Of a stretch of DNA of 64,000 nucleotides, positions 1 through 8,375 are shown in pieces (within the stretch, counting starts at the first letter, position 1; each line of letters starts with the position of its first letter). Source of the stretch: an uncultured bacterium (GTDB lineage: Bacteria > Krumholzibacteriota > Krumholzibacteriia > LZORAL124-64-63); the NCBI GenBank assembly GCA_963727525.1, contig CAVSGO010000007.1, positions 1,952,001 through 2,016,000 of the forward strand, in the 5' to 3' direction. Position numbers and translations under genes: made by a program. The notes under the pieces were generated by a model that worked only from the letters and a program-made list of their open reading frames with translations, was not told the origin of the DNA and made no database searches.

Positions 1-1079
1 CCGAGGATCTCGAGGTTCGGGTTGAGCGTCCACGAGGCGACGGCGCGCGACACGAAATCGCGCTCGCGCTCCTCGATCACCTCCTCGCCCACCCGGCGTT
101 TGAGAGCGAACACGAGTCCGGCGCGGATGGCCTCGATGATCGCGGGAGTGCCACCCTCCTCGCGGTGGACAGGATCGGTGAGGTACTCGTGCCCCGCCGC
201 GCTCACGTAGCTCACAGTGCCGCCGCCGGGCATCGTGGGCACGCGATTGCGTAGCAACGCGCGCTTGACCACGAGCACGCCCGGCGTGCCCGGCCCGCCG
301 ATGAACTTGTGCGGCGACAGGAACACCGCATCCTTGTAGCTCAGGGAATCGCGCCCACGTTCCTGCGGATTCATCTCGATGGTCACGTACGGCGCCGCCG
401 CCGCGAAATCCCAGAACGCCAGCGCGCCGTGGCGGTGCAGCAGCACGGAGATGCCGTAGGTGTCGGACACGATGCCGGTGACATTGGACGCCGCCGAGAA
501 GCTTCCGATCTTCAGCGGACGCTGGGCATACCGCTCCAGCTCGGACTCGAGGTGGGCCTGGTCGATCTGGCCATCGTGGTCCTCGGGAATCACCACGACG
601 TCGGCGATCGACTCGCGCCAGGGCAGCTCGTTGGAATGGTGCTCGTACGGACCGATGAAGACCACCGGACGCTCGTGGGCGGGAATACGCGACGACAGAT
701 CATAGTGCGCGTCGAGATCCGCCGGCAATCGCACGTTCAGGATGTTGATCAGCTTGTTGATCGCGGCCGTGGCGCCCGAGCCGCAGAAGATCACCACGTC
801 ATCGTCGGTGCCGCCGCAGGCTTCGTGGATGGTAGCGCGGGCTTCCTCGCGAAAGCGCGTGGTCTGCAAGCCCGTACGCGACGTCTCGGTGTGCGTGTTG
901 GCATAGAGGGGCAACACCTCATCGCGGATGAAATCCTCGATGAAGCCGAGAGCACGCCCGCTAGCCGTGTAGTCGGCGTAGGTGAGGCGGCGCGGGCCGT
1001 AGGGGCCGTCGATCACCCGATCGTCACCGATGATGGCATCGCGGATGCTGGCCAGCAGGCGTTCCGTACACTCGTCCAA
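1..1079 (-). CDS. Aminotransferase class V / cysteine desulfurase-like PLP enzyme (3' end runs off the window)
   Basis: Absent from the ORF track because it has no stop in the window. Manual translation from TTG at 1079 (after GAGAGGTG): ...IGDDRVIDGPYGPRRLTYADYTASGR...YANTHTETS...EHHSNELPW...FSAASNVTG...WDFAAAAPY...FLSPHKFIGGPG (PLP lysine)...PGGGTV...REEGGTP. Confidence 0.9.
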   Translation of the reverse strand, partial: MDECTERLLASIRDAIIGDDRVIDGPYGPRRLTYADYTASGRALGFIEDFIRDEVLPLYANTHTETSRTGLQTTRFREEARATIHEACGGTDDDVVIFCGSGATAAINKLINILNVRLPADLDAHYDLSSRIPAHERPVVFIGPYEHHSNELPWRESIADVVVIPEDHDGQIDQAHLESELERYAQRPLKIGSFSAASNVTGIVSDTYGISVLLHRHGALAFWDFAAAAPYVTIEMNPQERGRDSLSYKDAVFLSPHKFIGGPGTPGVLVVKRALLRNRVPTMPGGGTVSYVSAAGHEYLTDPVHREEGGTPAIIEAIRAGLVFALKRRVGEEVIEERERDFVSRAVASWTLNPNLEIL

Positions 1080-1095
1080 GGCGTCATCACCTCTC

Positions 1096-1953
1096 TCAGG
1101 CAAGCGGCTTGCGCGCCCGGATGAAGGCGCTCGCCACGAGCCCATCCAGCTCGTCGAGGTGGGCGAGCACGGCTGTGGGACCACCCTCGCTCGCCGGCAC
1201 CGACTCGGCCATGCCGGCCACGTCGTCGCGGTTGTACGTGCGCGTGATCTCGAACGTCACATCGGCGAAGCCTGCGCTTGCGAGCCTGGCCTCGTAGTCG
1301 TCGCGCACGAGGGCGCCGGCCACGCAGCCCGTCCACAGGGCGACCAGCCGCTGCACCGAGGGCGGCAGCGCGCTCTGCAGCACCACGTCGGACACGGCGA
1401 AACGACCACCCGGTCTCAGCAGGCGATAGGCCTCGCGCAGCACACGATCCTTGTCGCCGGCCAGGTTGATCACGCAGTTGGAGATGATGACATCGACGGA
1501 CGCGTCTGGCAACGGTACGTTCTCGATGGTGCCCTTGACGAACTCCACGTTGGTCGCCCCCGCGCGCTCCTGATTCTCGCGCGCCAGGGCGAGCATCTCG
1601 TCGGTCATGTCCACGCCGAAGGCTTTTCCGGTGGGTCCCACGCGCTTCGCCGAGAGCAGTACGTCGATGCCGCCGCCCGAACCGAGGTCGAGCACCACCT
1701 CGCCGGGCGCCAGCTCCGCGAGCGCCGTCGGGTTGCCGCAGCCGAGCGACGCCAGCAAGGCCTGCTCGGGCAGGCCGTCGAGCTGGTCCGACCGGTAGAG
1801 ATCACGCGTGATCGGATCCACGGCACCCACCGGCCCAGTGCCGCACGAGCCGCCACAGCACGACCCCTTCTTGCCCTGGCGCACCTCCGTGGCCGCCTGG
1901 CCGTAGCGGTCGCGCACGATGTCTTGCAGGTTCTGATCGATCGGCTGGGTCAT
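1096..1953 (-). CDS. arsM: Arsenite S-adenosylmethionine methyltransferase
   Basis: N-terminal SCCGGSC, SLGCGNP, SAM motif [30 protein letters not shown] at 1953 overlaps the arsR stop. Confidence 0.93.
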   Translation of the reverse strand: MTQPIDQNLQDIVRDRYGQAATEVRQGKKGSCCGGSCGTGPVGAVDPITRDLYRSDQLDGLPEQALLASLGCGNPTALAELAPGEVVLDLGSGGGIDVLLSAKRVGPTGKAFGVDMTDEMLALARENQERAGATNVEFVKGTIENVPLPDASVDVIISNCVINLAGDKDRVLREAYRLLRPGGRFAVSDVVLQSALPPSVQRLVALWTGCVAGALVRDDYEARLASAGFADVTFEITRTYNRDDVAGMAESVPASEGGPTAVLAHLDELDGLVASAFIRARKPLA

Positions 1954-2309
1954 CTCTGAACTCCTCCCGCGGCCACGGTCAGCCGCGCGATGAATGTGCC
2001 CGCTGTCGCGAGGGCTTCCGGAGCGAGGTCGTAGTACATCCAGGTACCTCGGCGCCTGGCCGTGACCAGGCCGGCTTCCCGCAGCAGGCGCAGGTGGTGC
2101 GAGATGGTGGGCTGCGAAAGATCGAAGCATGCCTCGATCTCGCAGGCGCAGAGCGGTGCCTCGGCCCGATGGAGCAAGTTCACGATCTGCAATCGAGTAC
2201 CATCGCCGAGGACCTTGAACGTCGCCACGAGCGCGTCGGGCTCCGGGGCCACGGCCTCGCCACCACCATAGCATCGGATCGGTTTCGGCCTGCTCGCGGT
2301 CATGTCCAT
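1950..2309 (-). CDS. arsR: ArsR/SmtB family As(III)-responsive repressor
   Basis: FKVLGDGTRLQIVNLL...LCACEIEAC...SQPTISHHLRLLREAGLV...RRGTWMYY; directly upstream of arsM. Confidence 0.9.
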   Translation of the reverse strand: MDMTASRPKPIRCYGGGEAVAPEPDALVATFKVLGDGTRLQIVNLLHRAEAPLCACEIEACFDLSQPTISHHLRLLREAGLVTARRRGTWMYYDLAPEALATAGTFIARLTVAAGGVQR

Positions 2310-2315
2310 GCCCTC

Positions 2316-2351
2316 AGGATCACCTATATATCGAAGTATGTCAATATATAG
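2316..2351 (-). promoter_or_regulatory. Promoter and probable ArsR operator
   Basis: AT-rich inverted repeat CTATATATCGA-N6-TCAATATATAG (2324-2351, 10/11 match) overlapping a minus-strand TTGACA (2344-2339), then a 17-nt spacer and GATCCT. Confidence 0.8.
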
Positions 2352-2352
2352 A

Positions 2353-4212
2353 TCATAACCGTCGCGGTTTCACCATCGCCTCCGGCGCCAGCAAGCGGTC
2401 CAGCTCATCCCGCGAGAGCAGCCCCTTCTCCAGCACCAGTTCGTACACGCCGCGCCCCGTGGCCAGAGCCTCGCGCGCCAGATCGGTGCTGCGATCGTAG
2501 CCGAGCACCGGATTGAGCGCCGTCACCAGCCCGATGCTGTGCTCCACGTACTCGCGGCAACGGGCCACGTTGGCGGTGATGCCATCCACGCAGCGCAGAC
2601 GCAGCGTCGCCATGCCGTTCTTGAGCATCTCGATCGACTCGAGCAGGCTCTGGCCGATCACCGGCTCCATGACGTTCAGCTCGAGCTGCCCAGCCTCGGC
2701 TGCCATGGTCACCGTGAGGTCGTTGCCGATGACCTTGAAGGCGATCTGATTCACCACCTCGGGAATCACGGGATTCACCTTGCCGGGCATGATCGACGAT
2801 CCCGGCTGCATGCGTGGCAGCACGATCTCGCCCAGCCCGGCACGCGGGCCGCTGGAGAGCAGCCGCAGGTCGTTGCAGATCTTCGAGAGCTTGATCGCCA
2901 GCCGCTTGATCGCCGACGATACCATGACGAACGCGCCCGTATCCTGGGTGGCCTCCACCAGGTTGTGGGCCAGGCGCAGGTCCAGTCCCGTGAGGTCGCG
3001 CAGATGCTCCACCGCACGCGCGCCGAACTCGGGATCGGCGTTGATGCCCGTGCCGATCGCCGTGCCGCCCAGGTTCACCTCGAGGAAAAGCGCCGCGTTC
3101 TGACCGAGCCGGTCGATTTCCTCGCCCAGCGTGACGCCGTAGGCCTCGAACTCCTGGCCCAGCGTCATGGGTACCGCATCCTGGAGCTGGGTGCGCCCCA
3201 TCTTGAGCACGTCGGCGAACTCGCGGCCCTTGGCCTGGAACGCGGCCACGAGATCGTGCAGCACGTCGGTGAGTCCGCGCACGGCGTAGACCAGCGCGAT
3301 CTTCAACGCCGTGGGATAGGCGTCGTTGGTCGACTGCGCCAGGTTCACGTGGTTGTTGGGATGACAGTACTCGTACTCGCCCTTGGCATGGCCGAGCAGC
3401 TCCAGGGCACGGTTGGCGATGACCTCGTTGGCGTTCATGTTGGTCGACGTACCCGCACCGCCCTGCACCATGTCCACCACGAAATGCCCATGCCACTTGC
3501 CCTGGATGATCTCGCGGCAGGCGGCCACGATGGCGTCGGCCACGGGCCGGGGCAGGTGGCCCAGCTCGGCGTTCGCCTGTGCGGCCGCCAGCTTGACGAT
3601 GGCCAGCGCCTCGATCAGGACCGGGAAGTGACCGAGGGGAATGCCGCTGATCGGGAAGTTCTCCGTGGCTCGCAGGGTCTGGATACCGAAGTACGCCTCG
3701 TCCGGTACGTCGCGATCGCCGATGAGATCATGCTCGTGCCGCGTGCGACCGCTCGCATACTGGGCACCGGCGCGCGCCACCCGCACGGAGTCCTGGCGCA
3801 GGCGCCGCGAAATCACTCGCGTGATGCGGGCCAGGATGCGGGCCCCGAGCCGCGGATGCTCGGTCGCCAGGTCCTGGAAGGCATCGCGGCTCAGCCGTAG
3901 GACGTCGCAATCGCTGAGCGCACGGCCCGACGCACCGTGAGGATAGTCGTCGAGCAATGCTCCCTCGCCCAGAAAAGCGCCGGCGCCGAAGAATGCCAGC
4001 CGCTGCTCGCCCCCGAACGGCGTGGCTCCGAACACCTCCACCTCGCCGGACACGATGATGTGCAGGTTCACGCGCGGCTCGTGCTCGCCGAACAGCAACT
4101 CACCGGCCGGCACACGCCTGGTATCCAGTCGCGCGGCGACGAGCGCGCGCTCGCCAGCGTCGAGATCGGCGAAGAGTTCGATCGCGGCCAGGACGTCGTC
4201 GATCGGCTGCAT
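2353..4212 (-). CDS. aspA: Aspartate ammonia-lyase with N-terminal cyclic-nucleotide-binding-like domain
   Basis: C-terminal part has YFGIQTLRA, QGGAGTSTNMNANE, QSTNDAYPT, KMGRTQLQDAVP, GSSIMPGKVNP. The N-terminal ~150 aa (ELFADL...IIVSGEVEV...FLGEGALL) is CNB-like. Start placed at ATG 4212. Confidence 0.92.
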   Translation of the reverse strand: MQPIDDVLAAIELFADLDAGERALVAARLDTRRVPAGELLFGEHEPRVNLHIIVSGEVEVFGATPFGGEQRLAFFGAGAFLGEGALLDDYPHGASGRALSDCDVLRLSRDAFQDLATEHPRLGARILARITRVISRRLRQDSVRVARAGAQYASGRTRHEHDLIGDRDVPDEAYFGIQTLRATENFPISGIPLGHFPVLIEALAIVKLAAAQANAELGHLPRPVADAIVAACREIIQGKWHGHFVVDMVQGGAGTSTNMNANEVIANRALELLGHAKGEYEYCHPNNHVNLAQSTNDAYPTALKIALVYAVRGLTDVLHDLVAAFQAKGREFADVLKMGRTQLQDAVPMTLGQEFEAYGVTLGEEIDRLGQNAALFLEVNLGGTAIGTGINADPEFGARAVEHLRDLTGLDLRLAHNLVEATQDTGAFVMVSSAIKRLAIKLSKICNDLRLLSSGPRAGLGEIVLPRMQPGSSIMPGKVNPVIPEVVNQIAFKVIGNDLTVTMAAEAGQLELNVMEPVIGQSLLESIEMLKNGMATLRLRCVDGITANVARCREYVEHSIGLVTALNPVLGYDRSTDLAREALATGRGVYELVLEKGLLSRDELDRLLAPEAMVKPRRL

Positions 4213-4310
4213 ACCAGACTCCCAGGACAGGTCATCTGCCGCGGACGACCGGGAGGGCGTCCACACTCGTGCGGGATTCAAACTCGCTCAACGGTCCGCG
4301 ACCGGCAACC

Positions 4311-4994
4311 TCAGGGCGCATGGTCCCGGGCCGATGGCCGCACGGCTTGGATCTCGCCCATCCGTTTGAGCTGTGCGGCGTCGACATCGAGCTGGCGCCG
4401 CCGCTCCGTGGGCAGCGCCTGCAGACCACGCGCCACGAGGACCCGGGTCGCCAGGTCGAGTCGTTCCAGCCGCGCACCGGCCGTCCCGGACGACGCCAGC
4501 GCATGCTGCACCAGCCCCGCCGCCTCCTGCTTGCCCGCGAGGTCGGCTGACGCCTCGCGCAGCGCCTGTCGGCCGTCGGCATCGGTGGCGCGATCGGCGT
4601 TCTCCGTCAGCGCGCGATCGAGCCCTTCCACCGGACGCTGCAAGGCCACGGCCAGGATCGCGCGCTGGTATTGCGGTTTCACTTCACCCTTGCCCACGCT
4701 GGCGAAGGCCTGCCCGTACGTCGTGGTGTCCGGGTTGGTGAGCATCTGGTTCAGCAGGTTCGTGGCGGTGAGGAAGTCGCGGTACTGGCCGAGGAACCCC
4801 AGCCCCCACACCGACGTCCCCGAGAGCGCCACCCCCAGGATGAGAAAGATCACCAGTTCCTTGAACCTGTTGCCCACGCGCGCGAGACTGACGGCAGCGA
4901 TCATCAGCACGAGGCCCGCCGCGAGCAGCACCCAGGGTCCGATCGTCGTGATTGCCATGGCTACCTCCATCATCGGTTCGGCTTCCTGAGACAT
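4311..4994 (-). CDS. Hypothetical membrane protein (two N-terminal TM helices plus helical domain)
   Basis: ORF with two hydrophobic segments filling the gap between neighbours; start uncertain. Confidence 0.65.
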   Translation of the reverse strand: MSQEAEPMMEVAMAITTIGPWVLLAAGLVLMIAAVSLARVGNRFKELVIFLILGVALSGTSVWGLGFLGQYRDFLTATNLLNQMLTNPDTTTYGQAFASVGKGEVKPQYQRAILAVALQRPVEGLDRALTENADRATDADGRQALREASADLAGKQEAAGLVQHALASSGTAGARLERLDLATRVLVARGLQALPTERRRQLDVDAAQLKRMGEIQAVRPSARDHAP

Positions 4995-5178
4995 ACCGTA
5001 CCCCCGATGCCGGAGCAACGTATTCCTGTTTCCGGATGCATGAAGATCAGGCGATCCCCCGGGGGCCGCACACCGCCGGCCGCGATCGACCACGATGTGA
5101 CGGCCAGGGATCCGCAGGACGTGCTGTGGACCTATCCGAAGGTGCCGCCGGATGTGTCAGCGATGGTGAAGACGTAGT

Positions 5179-6444
5179 CTACGTCTTCTGCGGCTTCTTC
5201 TTCGCCGCCGGGAACAGCACATTGTTGAGAATCAACCGATACCCCGGCGACGTCGGGTATAGCGACAGATCCGTCGGGGGGTCGCCCACGCGGTGCTGAT
5301 AGTCCTCCGGGTCGTGGCCCCCCAGGAATGTGAAAGTCCCCTGGCCGCGGTTGCCGTGGAGGTACTTCACCTCGTCGGTGCCGTCGACCTTGGCGAGCTG
5401 GATCACCGAGCGCTTGATGAAGCGGTCGTGGAAGCCGGTGGTCTGGCCGAGGAAACCATTGATCACGTTGACGTGGTCCTGGGTGAGCATGGCCGGGACC
5501 GGGTCGTACTTGGCGGAGAAATTGAAGAGGGTGAAGTAGTCGGCCTCGGGGCCACGGAGCTGGGCGTAATCGCTGGTATCGATGTCGCTGAATTCGTAGA
5601 CCATGGGATTGGTCTGCAGGGAGAAGTTCTCGAAGGCGAAGGTCTGGGTGTAGTCGGCCTTGCTACGCCAGTTGGGGTCGATCGGTGAGCCGTCCATGGG
5701 TGTGGGCACGATGTCGACGTCGAGGAAGGCCAGCGCGATGTCGATGGTATCGGTCGCCGAGCACATCGCGAAGAGGAAGCCGCCCTGCTCCACGTAGGTG
5801 CGGATGGTCAGCGCCACGGCGTGCTTGAGCTGCCACACCGTGTCGTAGCCGAGGGTCTTGGCGAGCTTCTCGTGGAACTCCTGCTGCTGCACGTACCAGG
5901 GCTCGAGGCCGAAGCTCGCATAGAACTTGCCGTACTGTCCGGTGAAGTCCTCGTGGTGCAGGTGCAGCCAGTCGTAGTCGTAGAGCTTGCCCTGCAGGAC
6001 GTCCTGATCGTAGATCGTGTCGTATGGAATCTCCGCGTAGGTGAGCGCGAGGGTCACGGCGTCGTCCCAGGGCTGGGTATTGGGCGGCGTGTACACGGCG
6101 ATCTTCGGCGGCTTCTCCAGCAGCACCTCGTCCATGTTCTCCTGGGCCACCGTCTTGTGGATCGCCGCCACCTCGGCGTCGCCGATTGTCTCGAACTTCA
6201 CGCCCAGCAGGCGCGCGTCGAGGCGCGCGCGCGACGTGTCCTTCATCAGGAACGCGCCGCCGCGGTAGTTGAGCAGCCACGTCACCTTCTCGCCGGCCTG
6301 CAGGGCATGAAAGGTGTGGCCGTAGGCTTTCAGGTGCTGCGTCTGCGTCAGATCCATGGGGACGAGGAGGTAGCTCGCCGCGTGGGCGAGGCCGGCGGCG
6401 GCCACGACACACGCAACGACGAGGAGACGCAAACGGCACATCAT
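5179..6444 (-). CDS. Secreted class I glutamine-amidotransferase-like protein (conserved family often mislabelled 'asparagine synthetase B')
   Basis: Signal peptide (...AGLAHA-AS); PMD...HLKAYG, WLLNYRGGAF, PWDDAVTLALTYAEIPY, WLHLHHEDFTGQYGKFY, FAMCSATD, GHDPEDYQH, SPGYRLILNNVLFPAA. Confidence 0.8.
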   Translation of the reverse strand: MMCRLRLLVVACVVAAAGLAHAASYLLVPMDLTQTQHLKAYGHTFHALQAGEKVTWLLNYRGGAFLMKDTSRARLDARLLGVKFETIGDAEVAAIHKTVAQENMDEVLLEKPPKIAVYTPPNTQPWDDAVTLALTYAEIPYDTIYDQDVLQGKLYDYDWLHLHHEDFTGQYGKFYASFGLEPWYVQQQEFHEKLAKTLGYDTVWQLKHAVALTIRTYVEQGGFLFAMCSATDTIDIALAFLDVDIVPTPMDGSPIDPNWRSKADYTQTFAFENFSLQTNPMVYEFSDIDTSDYAQLRGPEADYFTLFNFSAKYDPVPAMLTQDHVNVINGFLGQTTGFHDRFIKRSVIQLAKVDGTDEVKYLHGNRGQGTFTFLGGHDPEDYQHRVGDPPTDLSLYPTSPGYRLILNNVLFPAAKKKPQKT

Positions 6445-8375
6445 GGCAAGCTCCGCACACGGTCGCGGATTTCGTCCGCGAAGAGGTAGTCGGGGTACTG
6501 CAGGAGCAGGCGTTCGTAAGCGTCGCGCGCACCCTGGGCATCGCCCGACGCGGCACGGATCCGTCCCTGCTCGGCGAGGGCTTCGGGGGCGTAGCGGCCG
6601 GCCGGCTGGTCGAGCACGATGTGGTCGAGCTGCGCGAGCGCCGCCGTGCGGTCGCCACCACCAAGGTAGAGCTCGGCCAGCTCATAGCGGGCGTGCTCGA
6701 GCAGGGCCTGCGGTTTCTCGAGGTCCACCTGTACCGACGCACGGGCGATGTAGCGCTCCAGAGCCGTGCGCTGCGAATCGGGCTGGGCGGTGATCGCGAA
6801 GGCCAGCGACCGGGCGTACATCGTCAGCAGCTCGGGGCCTCCGGTGGGATTCTGCATCTCCTCGGCGACGATGAGCCCGAGGCCCAGCGCGTCGTTGGCG
6901 TACGGCGCGGCCGGGTTGTCCAGCGCGACGGCGGCGAAGCGATCGCGGGCCGTACCGAAATGGTTCTCGGCGAGGTCGAGCTTCGCAAGGTCGAAGTGCG
7001 CGTGGCCGGCGGCCTCGGGAAAATCAGCGTCGCGTCCCAGGTTGGTCAGCACGAGGCGGCCTCGCGCCGTGTCGCCCGCGGCGAGGTAGCACTCGCCAAG
7101 GGCCAGGCGCGAAAGGGCCACGCCTTCGAGCGGCAAATCGAGATTCATGAGCAGCTGTTCCAGCCTCCGCGCCGCCGCGGCCGGCTCGTGCAGACGATCG
7201 CGGGTGAAGCGTGCGAGCATGATCTCGGCGGCATACAGATGCTCCGATTGCGGACAGGCCCGGGCCACGCCCGTGAGCAGGTCGGCGTAGCGCGCCGCGG
7301 CGGCCGCGGGATCGTCGGCGAGCAGACCGCGATCGAGGGCCGTCTCGCAGACCATGGCGAGTTGTTCAAAGGCGCGCTGGCGCAGCCGAGCCGGCAGGGC
7401 GGACGCGGTGCCGAGCACCGGCAGTTCGGCCAGCAGGTAGTCGGCCGTGGCGTTCAGTTCGGCGCCGGCGGCGAGCAGGGACAGCTCGCGCGACAGCGAG
7501 GAGAGGTCGCGCAGGATAACCTCGGCGCCGGCGGCGTCCTGGCTGAACGGCTCGACGAGGACGCGGGCCGCGTCGGCGTCGCCCTGCCGCAGCCGGCATC
7601 CCGCGGCCAGCACGGCGAGGGCGGCCGATGGCGGCGCTTTCTTAGCCTCGCTTGCCAGGCCCTCGACAAACTTCTCGGGTAAGGGCGGCATGTCGTCGCT
7701 GAACAGCTCGGTGCGCGCCAGCGCGCCGTTGAACGGCGTGGTGCGCAGATCGACGGCCACCTCGTGCGCCGCCTCGGTGGGACGGCCGAGGCGCAGCAGG
7801 CAGAGCGCGCGCGTGCGCGGCTGGTACTGCGGATCGTCGAGCACGGCGCGCGCCGAATCGAGCACGGCCAGCGCGGCCCCGTACAGCCCCGCTCCGCGCA
7901 TCTGATCCACGATCACGCTGAAACCGCTCTGCGGGTCGGGCATGAGCGCGAGGAACCGATCGGCAGCGATGCGCGCGGAATCGGCGTCGCCGAGCCTGGC
8001 TGCCGCCATCGACAGCTCGCGCCAGAGCTGCAGATCGCGCGGATCGAGCTGGAGCGCGTGCCGACAGAGGTCGGCCGCCCTCGCATGGTCGCCCATCGCC
8101 TGAGCGATCGCCACGCGCCGCGGCAGTACCGCGGACGGGGGGGCGCCCTGCGCCTCGGCCTCGTCGAGCAGGGCGTTGGCGCGGCTCGTGTAGCCAAGAT
8201 GCAGGAGCTGGTCCACCTGCTGCAGCGTGCGCTGCTGCATGGCGTGCGGGTTGAAGATATCGGGCCGCTGCCCCGGCAACACCGGATGGTTGCGCGGCAA
8301 GGGCTGCGACTGCGCGTGGGCGATCCCGGGGAGGCCCAGCGCGATCAGGGCGACGAGCACGACGAGGCGCCTCAT
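6441..8375 (-). CDS. Secreted tetratricopeptide-repeat protein
   Basis: Signal peptide; helical repeats (ALGECYLAAGD, HARYELAELY, AYERLLLQYPD); 4-nt overlaps with both neighbours. Confidence 0.8.
   Translation of the reverse strand: MRRLVVLVALIALGLPGIAHAQSQPLPRNHPVLPGQRPDIFNPHAMQQRTLQQVDQLLHLGYTSRANALLDEAEAQGAPPSAVLPRRVAIAQAMGDHARAADLCRHALQLDPRDLQLWRELSMAAARLGDADSARIAADRFLALMPDPQSGFSVIVDQMRGAGLYGAALAVLDSARAVLDDPQYQPRTRALCLLRLGRPTEAAHEVAVDLRTTPFNGALARTELFSDDMPPLPEKFVEGLASEAKKAPPSAALAVLAAGCRLRQGDADAARVLVEPFSQDAAGAEVILRDLSSLSRELSLLAAGAELNATADYLLAELPVLGTASALPARLRQRAFEQLAMVCETALDRGLLADDPAAAAARYADLLTGVARACPQSEHLYAAEIMLARFTRDRLHEPAAAARRLEQLLMNLDLPLEGVALSRLALGECYLAAGDTARGRLVLTNLGRDADFPEAAGHAHFDLAKLDLAENHFGTARDRFAAVALDNPAAPYANDALGLGLIVAEEMQNPTGGPELLTMYARSLAFAITAQPDSQRTALERYIARASVQVDLEKPQALLEHARYELAELYLGGGDRTAALAQLDHIVLDQPAGRYAPEALAEQGRIRAASGDAQGARDAYERLLLQYPDYLFADEIRDRVRSLP

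Noticed and set aside
309..1959. Long plus-strand ORFs opposite the PLP enzyme and arsM, and similar antisense ORFs across the window (e.g. 8435-11647, 18091-21102, 44930-47512)
   Set aside because: They are shadow frames of high-GC genes that have clear family motifs on the other strand, and they show no recognisable motifs themselves
5085..5177. Short plus-strand stretch encoding DVLWTYPKVPPDVSAM, reminiscent of a DUF427 fragment
   Set aside because: Too short, no credible start; the resemblance cannot be supported without a search
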